Shown here one piece after another: positions 47,231 to 55,982 of a stretch of 59,238 nucleotides of DNA. Source of the stretch: a virus. Lineage: Duplodnaviria > Caudoviricetes. Position 1 is the stretch's first letter. Every line of letters begins with the position of its first letter. The notes below the pieces were generated by a model. The model was not told the origin of the DNA and did not search any database. It saw nothing but the letters and a program-made list of their open reading frames with translations. Both the position numbers and the translations under genes were made by a program. The stretch is taken from the IMG/VR virus record IMGVR_UViG_3300049925_000138, positions 1 through 59,238 of that record; one strand, 5' to 3'.

Positions 47231-49267
47231 ATGCCAACAGTGACAGTTAAAAGATCAATTCTTGAGAATTTAATCAAGAGATCACTATTTGAATCAGACA
47301 GTATGTCAGAAAAGCTTATTAAGCCAGATGACTCACCGCTTCAATCTGATTTACCATTAAAGCCAGACAACAAGATTATTGTTGATCAACCTGGAGCTGA
47401 AAGACCTCCTGTTGAAGATGATGAATATGTTCCTGAAAACTCAAGGGAGCTTGGACTTGCTATGAAAGCACTATCTGAAATGATCCCTACTGAGAATGTT
47501 AGTCAAGCGTATGATGCAATGAAAAAAGCAATTGAAGCAATAAATAATCAACCAGACAAAAATGTCGAAGGAAATGACACTAGCATGGCAACTTTGGATG
47601 AAAAGAAGCGTTTAACCTTGAGAAAAATGGTTTTAAGAGCACTTAATGAAATTGACAATGATGATGATTTTGAAGATGAAGACGAAGATCCAAAAGATCC
47701 ATTTAGCAAAGGATTTTATCGTGATCTAAATGCATCTTTTGGATCCGGTGGAGGCGGTGATGAGGATGATGACCAGCAATCTTCAACTGATCTTCATATG
47801 TTTGCCGGCGAAGATGAAAAGCTTATTAAGCGTTTTATTATGAACACTGACACAATCAGTGACATTGAAGATGCTCTTGGTAGCAATGAAGATGCTCGTG
47901 ATAAGTTCCTTTCAATTCTTCGTATGCTTGAAAATGTTGAAGGAATGAAGCACCGTAAGCTATCTGATAACAAGCAAGCCGATGCTGAAATCAGACAGAA
48001 GTATATTCCTCCTGCTGAGAATCTTGGTGAAGCATTCCATAAAAATATTATTGATATGGCAAAGACCAATATCGACTCATCAAATCTTTCAGCATTAATT
48101 TATGATACATTTGATGATTTGTCTGATATCATTGATAAGATTAACGAATTAATCAAGACAGAAAAGTTTGAATATCAGTCACAAGCTCCTAAGTATGGAT
48201 ACGGTGCCGCTTCAGGTCTTAGACAGACAATGGTAAGAGACTTGCAGGGTGTTAGAATGGTCCAGCAGTATTGGCAAGATGATGATATCACTTATGTTCA
48301 AAACAATGCAAAGAAGAAATTCCTTGAAATTTTAGCAAACAAGAGCAATGAAAAATTCTTGCGCACTCTCTTTGATGAAGAGGGTCTTGATGAGTATATC
48401 AAGTATATCAATCAAAATCCAAAGGCCTTGTTAGGCTCTCTCATTTATAGAAACTTTGAAGGCTTACTTTCTTATATCACAAGTCAAAGAATTTCTGATA
48501 TGAAGTTTGGTGAGGGAATTAGTGAAGCTGTTAAGTCTGCCGAAGATATTGCAGATGCGCTCCAGTCAAATGGATTTGACGAGTTTAGTGAAGGCGATGC
48601 AAGCTATATGCTTGAACTTGTGCCTAAGTATCTTACTACAAATGAGCTGAATGCTTTTATTGAGTTTATGTCTTCAGCAGATGACGCCGCCGTTAGTCGT
48701 TTAAGCGATAGATTGATGGTTGCTGTTGGTGAAGATGAAGAGACTTTGGCAAAATTCATTAAGACATTCACCAGCAAGATGAAGTCTTCTATTGAAAAGC
48801 CTCTTGGTCGTGAAGTTGGTAAGTCATTCCAGTCTGACTTCCCTGAAAATGAGCCTATGAATAAGTCAGAAGAAGAGCAGATTGAAAAGATGATCGATCA
48901 AGGCGTTGTTAAGAAAGTGTTTGATCAGGTTGTCGCTGAAGCCTATGAAAAGTCTAAACTTCTTGCTGCAATAGGCGCCGCTGCTTCGATGGCTGCAGAG
49001 GACATTGATGTTGGTATAATTGGAAAATATACTGAGCCTGCGTTTGCTTCACTTAAGAAGTATGCTACTCGTGTTATGACAGGAACACCTGGAGCTGCCG
49101 TCGGTATTTACCAGGATGCCGCTGAAATGGATCCAGATTATGCTAAGAAGTATCAAGGTGATGTTGAAGGCGAATTCAAGGCAATTCTGAAGAAAGATAA
49201 GGCAGCTGCCAAAGCCGCCGGAGCAAATGAGCCAGTTGGTAAGAAGCTTGGCAAGAAAGGAGTATAG
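47231..49267 (+). CDS. Large acidic hypothetical protein with putative head-targeting leader
   Basis: ILENLIKRSLFES and LRKMVLRALNE; ATATTTA upstream. Confidence 0.55.
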   Translation: MPTVTVKRSILENLIKRSLFESDSMSEKLIKPDDSPLQSDLPLKPDNKIIVDQPGAERPPVEDDEYVPENSRELGLAMKALSEMIPTENVSQAYDAMKKAIEAINNQPDKNVEGNDTSMATLDEKKRLTLRKMVLRALNEIDNDDDFEDEDEDPKDPFSKGFYRDLNASFGSGGGGDEDDDQQSSTDLHMFAGEDEKLIKRFIMNTDTISDIEDALGSNEDARDKFLSILRMLENVEGMKHRKLSDNKQADAEIRQKYIPPAENLGEAFHKNIIDMAKTNIDSSNLSALIYDTFDDLSDIIDKINELIKTEKFEYQSQAPKYGYGAASGLRQTMVRDLQGVRMVQQYWQDDDITYVQNNAKKKFLEILANKSNEKFLRTLFDEEGLDEYIKYINQNPKALLGSLIYRNFEGLLSYITSQRISDMKFGEGISEAVKSAEDIADALQSNGFDEFSEGDASYMLELVPKYLTTNELNAFIEFMSSADDAAVSRLSDRLMVAVGEDEETLAKFIKTFTSKMKSSIEKPLGREVGKSFQSDFPENEPMNKSEEEQIEKMIDQGVVKKVFDQVVAEAYEKSKLLAAIGAAASMAAEDIDVGIIGKYTEPAFASLKKYATRVMTGTPGAAVGIYQDAAEMDPDYAKKYQGDVEGEFKAILKKDKAAAKAAGANEPVGKKLGKKGV

Positions 49268-49273
49268 AATAAT

Positions 49274-49657
49274 ATGAGCAGGTTCCAAGTTTCGAGCTTG
49301 CTACGCGAATATTTTGATCATCAACCACAAGTTGGGGTTATACGAGACTTTTCAATAGATACAAGAAACCTTCCGGTCAGTCCTGCAGCAACTTCTAAGT
49401 GGGTTGTCAAGGACAGACCGGAGCGTTTATGTAGAACATTTGAGTTTTCTAATCGCGAATCTTGTCGTCATTTTATGAATGAATTGATGGATTATGAAGA
49501 TCGTAGCAAACATCACGCTGTGATTAAGTGTCATGGAACAATATTGACACTTGAAATTAACACCAAAGACATTGATTGTGTGACTGAACTTGATAAAGAT
49601 TATGCAAAAGAAGCAGATGCAATTTATGATGAAATGAGGGCATATGGAAGCATCTGA
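49274..49657 (+). CDS. Pterin-4-alpha-carbinolamine dehydratase-like protein
   Basis: W......LCRTFEF.N....FMN.L..YE....HHA.I......LEINT.D...VTELD..YA..AD. Confidence 0.75.
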   Translation: MSRFQVSSLLREYFDHQPQVGVIRDFSIDTRNLPVSPAATSKWVVKDRPERLCRTFEFSNRESCRHFMNELMDYEDRSKHHAVIKCHGTILTLEINTKDIDCVTELDKDYAKEADAIYDEMRAYGSI

Positions 49658-49961
49658 ATCATTTTTTGTTTCAAATGATATCGCAGATATTATTGACTTA
49701 AAAAGCGTGTCATCGTCGTCACACTTAAAATCAAATCAGCTTGATAAAGATATTAAAAATAATATCACATCAGCATGGTTTGATGATAAAGGAATGATCA
49801 TGATTAAAATTAAGGGATCAATTTATGAATACCTTAATTCTTTTCTTGATAAAGAAGTTTATGGAATTGAAATTAGTAATCAAAAATATAAATGCGAAGT
49901 CATAAAGTTAGAAAAAGACGATGTATATTTACGGTTGGAGAAAGAATATGCAGGAATTTGA
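49644..49961 (+). CDS. Hypothetical protein
   Basis: Overlapping-operon ORF with GAGG RBS. Confidence 0.45.
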   Translation: MEASESFFVSNDIADIIDLKSVSSSSHLKSNQLDKDIKNNITSAWFDDKGMIMIKIKGSIYEYLNSFLDKEVYGIEISNQKYKCEVIKLEKDDVYLRLEKEYAGI

Positions 49962-50127
49962 ATTTGAAAAATTTATGAAAGACATTGTTAAGCGTGAAGA
50001 TGCTGCTCGTGAGCATATTAAAGAGTATGCTGAAAATCATGCAGACACTCCGCAGCGCCGTTATAATGCCAAATATCGTGAGCATGCTCACAATCGAATC
50101 AAATATGACGGCGGAGAGCAATCATGA
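49948..50127 (+). CDS. Hypothetical protein
   Basis: GGAG RBS before ATG; FEFEKFMKDIVKRE. Confidence 0.5.
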   Translation: MQEFEFEKFMKDIVKREDAAREHIKEYAENHADTPQRRYNAKYREHAHNRIKYDGGEQS

Positions 50128-50636
50128 AAATTAAAACTGAGAGTCAGCTGCTAAATCTTTTAAAGAAGCTTCATGAGCAAGATGAAATGCAAATGGCTCA
50201 GCCAGCTGCTGCGCCCGCTCCAGCAGCTCCTGCTCCGGCCACTCCCGGTAGTACTGCACCTGCTCCAGCCGCTCCATCACCAACTTCTCAAGCTCAACCA
50301 ATCACCCTAGATGATATTATTGAAAAATTGAATATTATTAGAGCTGGTCGTTCAACTAAAGATGATGATGTTAAATCAGAGCTTGAAAATTATGTTCTTC
50401 AGTTTAGTGAAGAAGATAAGAGTTCATTACTTGCTTTTCTTGATGGCTTAGGAAGAATTTTGACACCACCTGATCAATTTGCTTTGGCACAAGGTCAGCC
50501 TGCAGGAACACCTGTCAAATCAGCTCCTGCTCCTGGTGCTGCACCACCCTCTGCACCAGCAGCTCCTAAGCCAGCCGCAGCACCCCGTCCAGCAGCTTCT
50601 AAGTCACCTGTTCCAATAAATGTTGGTGGTATTTAA
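50124..50636 (+). CDS. Ala/Pro-rich protein with putative head-targeting leader
   Basis: MKIKTESQLLNLLKKLHEQ; core IIEKLNIIRAGRS.KD. Confidence 0.6.
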   Translation: MKIKTESQLLNLLKKLHEQDEMQMAQPAAAPAPAAPAPATPGSTAPAPAAPSPTSQAQPITLDDIIEKLNIIRAGRSTKDDDVKSELENYVLQFSEEDKSSLLAFLDGLGRILTPPDQFALAQGQPAGTPVKSAPAPGAAPPSAPAAPKPAAAPRPAASKSPVPINVGGI

Positions 50637-50639
50637 ATT

Positions 50640-51767
50640 ATGAAAAATAAAAAGCTATTAACTGAGTCATATTATCCAAGCTATATGACTATGACACAAG
50701 AAGAAGCCAGTGAAATAATTGAGAGTTTTATCAATATTTTCAAATCTATATGGTCATCAGTTAAATTGCTTTTTAATACTCTAAAATTGAATATCAATGT
50801 TGTAGCTGCAAGTTGGGCTGGTAATGATACTTGGCTAAAAAACTCTTACGCGGAATTTGAAGCAGAAAGAGCAAATTATGCTAAAGAAATGCAAGGCAAT
50901 TTAAAATATTTTTATAAAGCAATTGGAAATGGTGAGAATAGAACGCTTGAACAAAGCGCTACTAGATTATTTCTAATGGCAGCAAACCCACTTGCATATG
51001 CTGCATATGCAACAACACCACTTGCACCATCTTCAAGTGGTGACTCTTCTAAAAAACCAAGTGAAATGTCTGATCGTCTTAAGCGTGCACTTGTTATGTT
51101 TGGAATAATTCAAAATGAATCAATCAATTCTCGTGATATTCTTTTTGAAGCAGCAAAGGCTCCCCAAGTTATACCACCAGCTGAAGTTGAAAAATATCAA
51201 AAAATTGCAAAACAATACATCGAGCAAGAAAAGAAAAAGATGGAAACAGTCACCAATAAGATGGCTGATGATATTTCAACATTAAAAGGATTGGCTGAAG
51301 CTAAAAATTTTGAAGAGCTTAAAAATGCTATTAAAGACGCTCAGAAAAAAGGAATAAAATTAGTCGATAACGGGCTAGATAATGTCGAAAATAAATTGAA
51401 ATTAGGTATTCAAAATTATGAAAAAACAAACCAGCAAGATTTTAAAGATAAAGTAGCACAAATCAAAAAAGAGCATCCTGATCTTGCAAAGATGAATGAT
51501 CAGGATGCAATGACAACTTATGTTTTTGGTGTAATAAAATCTCAACTTCAACAAAACTTAATTAAGCTTTATAATGCGACTGTTAAAAACTCAAAGTCTA
51601 TTATTGTTCCAAATTTAAGTCCTGCTGAAACTAAAGCTTTAAGTGAGACTCCTGTTGGACAGGAATATCTTAGAATGTTGCAAGAGTTTTCAGACAATAT
51701 TGATAATGGGAATAAAAGTATTAAAAAGAAGAAAGAAGATTTAACTCAGAATCCTACTGCTTTATAA
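50640..51767 (+). CDS. Hypothetical protein
   Basis: 375-aa ORF; KKLLTES leader, internal QNE/LFE motifs. Confidence 0.55.
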   Translation: MKNKKLLTESYYPSYMTMTQEEASEIIESFINIFKSIWSSVKLLFNTLKLNINVVAASWAGNDTWLKNSYAEFEAERANYAKEMQGNLKYFYKAIGNGENRTLEQSATRLFLMAANPLAYAAYATTPLAPSSSGDSSKKPSEMSDRLKRALVMFGIIQNESINSRDILFEAAKAPQVIPPAEVEKYQKIAKQYIEQEKKKMETVTNKMADDISTLKGLAEAKNFEELKNAIKDAQKKGIKLVDNGLDNVENKLKLGIQNYEKTNQQDFKDKVAQIKKEHPDLAKMNDQDAMTTYVFGVIKSQLQQNLIKLYNATVKNSKSIIVPNLSPAETKALSETPVGQEYLRMLQEFSDNIDNGNKSIKKKKEDLTQNPTAL

Positions 51768-51774
51768 ATAATTT

Positions 51775-52173
51775 ATGAAAAACACAACTAAGAAAAAGTC
51801 GGCCCCCTCAACCTGGATCCCTGAGATTATGTATGAGGAGAATTCACAGATTCCATTTATCAATGTTCCAAGAGGTGAAAGTGATCCTGACTCACTTTTC
51901 ATCTCATTAGTTCATCAAACTGATGAGACTGAGCCTGATATGGAAGGGAATGAGATTCCAGTTTATGAAATGTCAATTGAGCATTACATTCGTATGTCTG
52001 GATTAAAATCTAAAATTTCTGCAGAAGATTTTGATAAAGTAAGAGTTGCACTTGGGTTTAAAAAAATTGCTGAGGCCAAAGCTGAAGGTCTTGCAATCTC
52101 CAATAAAGTTCAAGAAAATGTTATAAAACTTGCTGAACTTGCTAATAAAAATCCCACAGATAGTAATACTTAG
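51775..52173 (+). CDS. Hypothetical protein
   Basis: WIPEIMYEE, IPFI.VP, DKVRVALG. Confidence 0.55.
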   Translation: MKNTTKKKSAPSTWIPEIMYEENSQIPFINVPRGESDPDSLFISLVHQTDETEPDMEGNEIPVYEMSIEHYIRMSGLKSKISAEDFDKVRVALGFKKIAEAKAEGLAISNKVQENVIKLAELANKNPTDSNT

Positions 52174-52240
52174 AATTGGGTGAATGATAAAAATCTTTCT
52201 CCAATTTATTTAAGCCGAATAATTATCGGTGGAGGCAATA

Positions 52241-52723
52241 ATGGTTTTCGATAAGTCTAGAATGGCAAAGCTCTCTGGTATCCTGACTGAGAGCAAGAAG
52301 GGTATCAAGGATGCCATGGCTAACCAGTTTGGCGGTGGTAAGGAAGAGGGCGACCCCTGGCTGGACGGCGAGGTCACCACTGAAGGTGCTGAGGAAGACG
52401 ATGAGTCTATGATGCACGAATTTGATGATGAAGATGAGTCCATGATGAATGAAATGGATGAAGATGAAGTTTGTGAGAGTGATGAAGACGAAGATATGAA
52501 TGAGGCTGCTCTTCGCCGCATGATTCGTAGCGCTCTTAATGAAGCAAAGAAAGAGATTGATGATAAGAAAGCTAAGGCCAAGAAGGCCAAGGCTAAGAAA
52601 GCTAAGGCTAAGAAGGATGATGAAGAGAAGGCTGTCCGTGAGGCCGTCCGCTCTGAAATCCGCTCAGTTCTTCGTTCGCGTGGAATCACAATGGGCGGAA
52701 CCGGTTGGGGCTTTAAGCGATAA
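52241..52723 (+). CDS. Highly charged protein (acidic tract plus KAKKAK repeats), putative internal head/scaffold-like
   Basis: GGAGG RBS; RMAKLSGILTES, EAALRRMIRSALNE, KKAKAKKAKAKKAKAKK. Confidence 0.6.
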   Translation: MVFDKSRMAKLSGILTESKKGIKDAMANQFGGGKEEGDPWLDGEVTTEGAEEDDESMMHEFDDEDESMMNEMDEDEVCESDEDEDMNEAALRRMIRSALNEAKKEIDDKKAKAKKAKAKKAKAKKDDEEKAVREAVRSEIRSVLRSRGITMGGTGWGFKR

Positions 52724-52776
52724 ATCATTGATTTACATACCTGCTTATAGTAATACTAAAATTTAGTATTGCAGGT

Positions 52777-52805
52777 ATGCAATCCAGCAGGTGGCAGGAT
52801 ATAAT
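52777..52805 (+). promoter_or_regulatory. Promoter of ATGCAA class, probably leaderless
   Basis: ATGCAA-N17-TATAAT, 6 nt before ATG 52812. Confidence 0.6.
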
Positions 52806-52811
52806 GGTGGT

Positions 52812-53192
52812 ATGAGCAAACCTCTACCACCATTTGTCGTTGGCCAGACGATTTTTCTCATTCCCAATGAGAGTCGCTCTGTCATTCCTGCCATTGTCGT
52901 TGAAGAAATCACAAAGAAAACGATCAATGGATCCCACACTTCTTGGGCAATCTTAACTCCAAATAATCCGAAGCCTGTTAAGCTTGACCCTTCTACTTGT
53001 GAAATCTTTATCAATCTTTCAGATGTGAAAGACTCGCTACTTCAGCGAGTCACTCTTGCAATTGAAAATATGATTGACGAAGTTCGAACCATTAGTGAAG
53101 AGCTAAATGGAGGCTCTAAGTCTACAGTGAATGAAACTGCACCTAGTGTTATCACTCTTGAAGATGGAACCAAAGTGAGGGTTGTTAAGTGA
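52812..53192 (+). CDS. Hypothetical protein (SH3/KOW-like N-terminus)
   Basis: FVVGQTIFLI...VIPAIVVEEITKK; C-terminal TLEDGTKVRV. Confidence 0.5.
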   Translation: MSKPLPPFVVGQTIFLIPNESRSVIPAIVVEEITKKTINGSHTSWAILTPNNPKPVKLDPSTCEIFINLSDVKDSLLQRVTLAIENMIDEVRTISEELNGGSKSTVNETAPSVITLEDGTKVRVVK

Positions 53193-54040
53193 CTGAACAG
53201 ACTGCTAAGCGTGTTCTCATTATTGACGGCATGAATCTTATTCACCGGGCTCGAGTGGCTATGAAAGGCCATGGAAATGGCTTGACCTATGCTGCTCTGC
53301 GCTCAATTAGAGCACTTGTGAATAAGTTTGATCCCAATATTGCGTACTTTGTGCTTGAAGGAAAGCCCAAGCGTAGAATCGCTCTTTCTGAAGGTACTTA
53401 CAAAGCTCAGCGAGAAAAGTCTGATGATGCATTCTGGGATCAGGTGAAGTTGCTTGTAGAAATTGTTTCTACCCACCTCCCGTTGAAAGTTGTTCGCCAT
53501 CCAGATTTTGAGGCTGATGATGTTATTGCGCACTTGGCTAGTCGAGTTCATTGTAATGATTTCTGCACTGTCGTATCGACAGACACGGATTTTACGCAGC
53601 TGGTGACGGAAGCATCAAAGAATACATTTTCACTCTATTCTCCTATCAAGGATATTTTTGTTCAGCCCACTCCATATGATTATGTCTTGTGGAAGTCGCT
53701 TCGCGGTGATGGTGCTGATAACATTGATGGTGTTCCTGGAATTGGTGATAAGCGCGCAACAAATTTGGCATTGGACCCAATTCAGCTGCGACTCTTTTTC
53801 AATAAGAATCCTGCTGCAAAAAAGATTGTTGAACACAACCTGGCAATGATCAAATTTGAAGATATGACTCCTCATTGGGAAGGTGTTAGTATTTCGGCAC
53901 CAGTCCGTGACAATGATGGATTTAGAAATCGTCTTCAAGCTCTTGACATGAATTCAATTACCAACGATAAAAATTGGTCAAAGTGGATTGCTTCATTCAA
54001 TCAGCTCTGGTTTAGTTTCCTTTTGAAGAATGCAGCATAA
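53189..54040 (+). CDS. Second 5'-3' exonuclease / RNase H-like flap endonuclease
   Basis: LIIDGMNL.HRA, YKAQR, FEADDVI, STDTDFTQL, LRGDGADNIDGVPGIGDK. Confidence 0.9.
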   Translation: MTEQTAKRVLIIDGMNLIHRARVAMKGHGNGLTYAALRSIRALVNKFDPNIAYFVLEGKPKRRIALSEGTYKAQREKSDDAFWDQVKLLVEIVSTHLPLKVVRHPDFEADDVIAHLASRVHCNDFCTVVSTDTDFTQLVTEASKNTFSLYSPIKDIFVQPTPYDYVLWKSLRGDGADNIDGVPGIGDKRATNLALDPIQLRLFFNKNPAAKKIVEHNLAMIKFEDMTPHWEGVSISAPVRDNDGFRNRLQALDMNSITNDKNWSKWIASFNQLWFSFLLKNAA

Positions 54041-54061
54041 AATACTCCTACTCATGTAGGA

Positions 54062-54283
54062 GTGTTTATGTCTTTAACTCAAAATGTTTTTGGATTTGAT
54101 CAGCCCCTCACCGGGGCTGAACAAGTTTCTCTTCGCTCACAGGGGCTACTTTCTGAATCTGAGATTGCAGTCAGAGCTGGTGATCTGCTTATAGCAGTAA
54201 ATACTTTGACAGGCACTCGCCGTGCTCTTTCAAGTGAAGGTACGCTTTCTGAATCAACTCAGCGTCGCCTCCTGAGAGACTAA
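54062..54283 (+). CDS. Small hypothetical protein upstream of groEL
   Basis: AGGAG RBS inside hairpin; GLLSESEIA...GDLL.A.N.LTG.RR; LSES..RRLL. Confidence 0.55.
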   Translation: MFMSLTQNVFGFDQPLTGAEQVSLRSQGLLSESEIAVRAGDLLIAVNTLTGTRRALSSEGTLSESTQRRLLRD

Positions 54284-54284
54284 T

Positions 54285-55871
54285 ATGAGCGAAGCCTTCA
54301 GAAATCTTGTTTTTGATAGTGACGCTCGAGATAGTCTTAAAGCTGGTGTTGATGCTTTGGCAAAAGCTGTCAAGGTGACAATGGGTCCCAGTGGTCAAAA
54401 TGTGATTATCGAAATGCCAGGTGCTCCTCCTATTGTCACAAAGGATGGTGTGACCGTTGCAAGAGCCATCAATTTCAGAGACAGAAATATGAATCTGGGG
54501 GCTCAGATTATTAAGGAAGCCGCCAGTCGAACTTGTGATGCCGCTGGTGATGGAACAACCACATCAACTGTTTTGGCACAATCAATTTTTAATGGAGGGC
54601 TTCGTGTTCTTTCAGGAGATCACAGTTATCCTGAAATGCGTGCAGGAATGCAGTGGGCTGTAAACGCTCTTATAAATGAATTGCGATTTATGGCCCGTCA
54701 AATAACTTCTGATGAAGAGGTTATCCAAGTAGGAACCATTTCGGCAAATGGTGAAAGAAGTATTGGTGAACTTCTTGCCCAGGCAATGAAAGCTGTGGGA
54801 CGAGATGGAACAATCACTGTTGAAGATGCTAAAGGGTTTGGAACATCTTTACAGGTTGTTGAAGGAGCAGAAATTGATCGCGGCTATCTTTCACCTTATT
54901 TTGTGACTGATTCAGAAAAAATGGTGGCCACTCTTGAGTCTCCATACATTTTGCTAACAAACAATAGAATCACATCACTTAAAGAAATTTTGCCAATTCT
55001 TGAAAAAGTGCATAATGCTCAAAAGCCTATCTTAATTGTTGCTGATGAAGTTGAAGGCGAAGCAATGCAAGGACTTGTTTTAAATCGCACAAAGGGAATC
55101 ATTAATGTTTGTGCAATTAAGGGTCCTGAATTTGGTGAAAATCGTCTTCATGCTTTACAAGATTTAGCAATTTTGTTAGGAACACGAGTTGTTGGTGATG
55201 ATCTTTCAACCATTCAGCTTGGAGAGCTTGGTCGTTGTAAGCGTGTAATTGTAGGAAGGTATCGTTCAATTTTCATTGATGCAATGGGTGAAAAAAATCT
55301 TATTGCAGCTCGATCAACTGAATTGCGCTCACAATTGAGTGATATGACTCTTGAATCACACGACATTGAAGCTTTAAAGCGACGCTTGTCTCGTTTAGCT
55401 GGTGGAGTTGCAGTGCTAAGAGTTGGTGGCGCTACAGAAGCTGAATTAAAAGAGAGGCGTGATCGAGTTGATGATGCTCTACACGCTACTCGAGCAGCGG
55501 TTGAAGAAGGAATTCTTCCGGGCGGAGGAACTGCTCTTGTTAGAGCCGCAGCAAAAACTAGATCAAAAATTTCACGAAATTCGTCTGATTCATTTAAGCA
55601 AGGCGCTGATGTAATTTTGCAAGCATGTGTTGTTCCACTAAAACAAATTGTGATTAATGCAGGTCTCAATCCTGATATGGTTCTTTCTAAAGTTGAAAGA
55701 CTAAAGGGTGATAATGGATTTAATGCTTCAACTGGCAAATATGTAAGTACATTTGAAGCGGGAATTCTTGATCCATTAAAAGTTGTGAGACTTGCACTTG
55801 AGAACGCACATTCAGCTGCAAGCGTTTTGTTGAGTGTTGGATGCACTGTAGTCGATGATAATCCTGCATAA
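54285..55871 (+). CDS. groEL: Phage-encoded group I chaperonin GroEL
   Basis: AVKVTMGP.G.NV, TKDGVTVA, AGDGTTT, DRGYLSPYF, RL.RLAGGVAV..VGG.TE.E..ER.DRV.DAL.ATRAAVEEG; no GGM tail. Confidence 0.95.
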   Translation: MSEAFRNLVFDSDARDSLKAGVDALAKAVKVTMGPSGQNVIIEMPGAPPIVTKDGVTVARAINFRDRNMNLGAQIIKEAASRTCDAAGDGTTTSTVLAQSIFNGGLRVLSGDHSYPEMRAGMQWAVNALINELRFMARQITSDEEVIQVGTISANGERSIGELLAQAMKAVGRDGTITVEDAKGFGTSLQVVEGAEIDRGYLSPYFVTDSEKMVATLESPYILLTNNRITSLKEILPILEKVHNAQKPILIVADEVEGEAMQGLVLNRTKGIINVCAIKGPEFGENRLHALQDLAILLGTRVVGDDLSTIQLGELGRCKRVIVGRYRSIFIDAMGEKNLIAARSTELRSQLSDMTLESHDIEALKRRLSRLAGGVAVLRVGGATEAELKERRDRVDDALHATRAAVEEGILPGGGTALVRAAAKTRSKISRNSSDSFKQGADVILQACVVPLKQIVINAGLNPDMVLSKVERLKGDNGFNASTGKYVSTFEAGILDPLKVVRLALENAHSAASVLLSVGCTVVDDNPA

Positions 55872-55887
55872 TTTTTTTCAGGAAAAT

Positions 55888-55953
55888 ATGCAAATCCGGC
55901 CACCACTATAGTATATTAATTCTGGAAGGCAGGAATGGTCAAGCCTTCCAGAA
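55888..55953 (+). promoter_or_regulatory. ATGCAA-class promoter followed by an 11-bp leader hairpin
   Basis: ATGCAA-N18-TATATT; TTCTGGAAGGC(55920-55930)/GCCTTCCAGAA(55943-55953). Confidence 0.5.
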
Positions 55954-55982
55954 AATGAAATGTAATGAGGTAGATTGAAGCA

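Noticed and set aside
55214-55906. 230-aa minus-strand ORF
   Set aside because: Antisense shadow of conserved groEL; no RBS or recognisable motifs.
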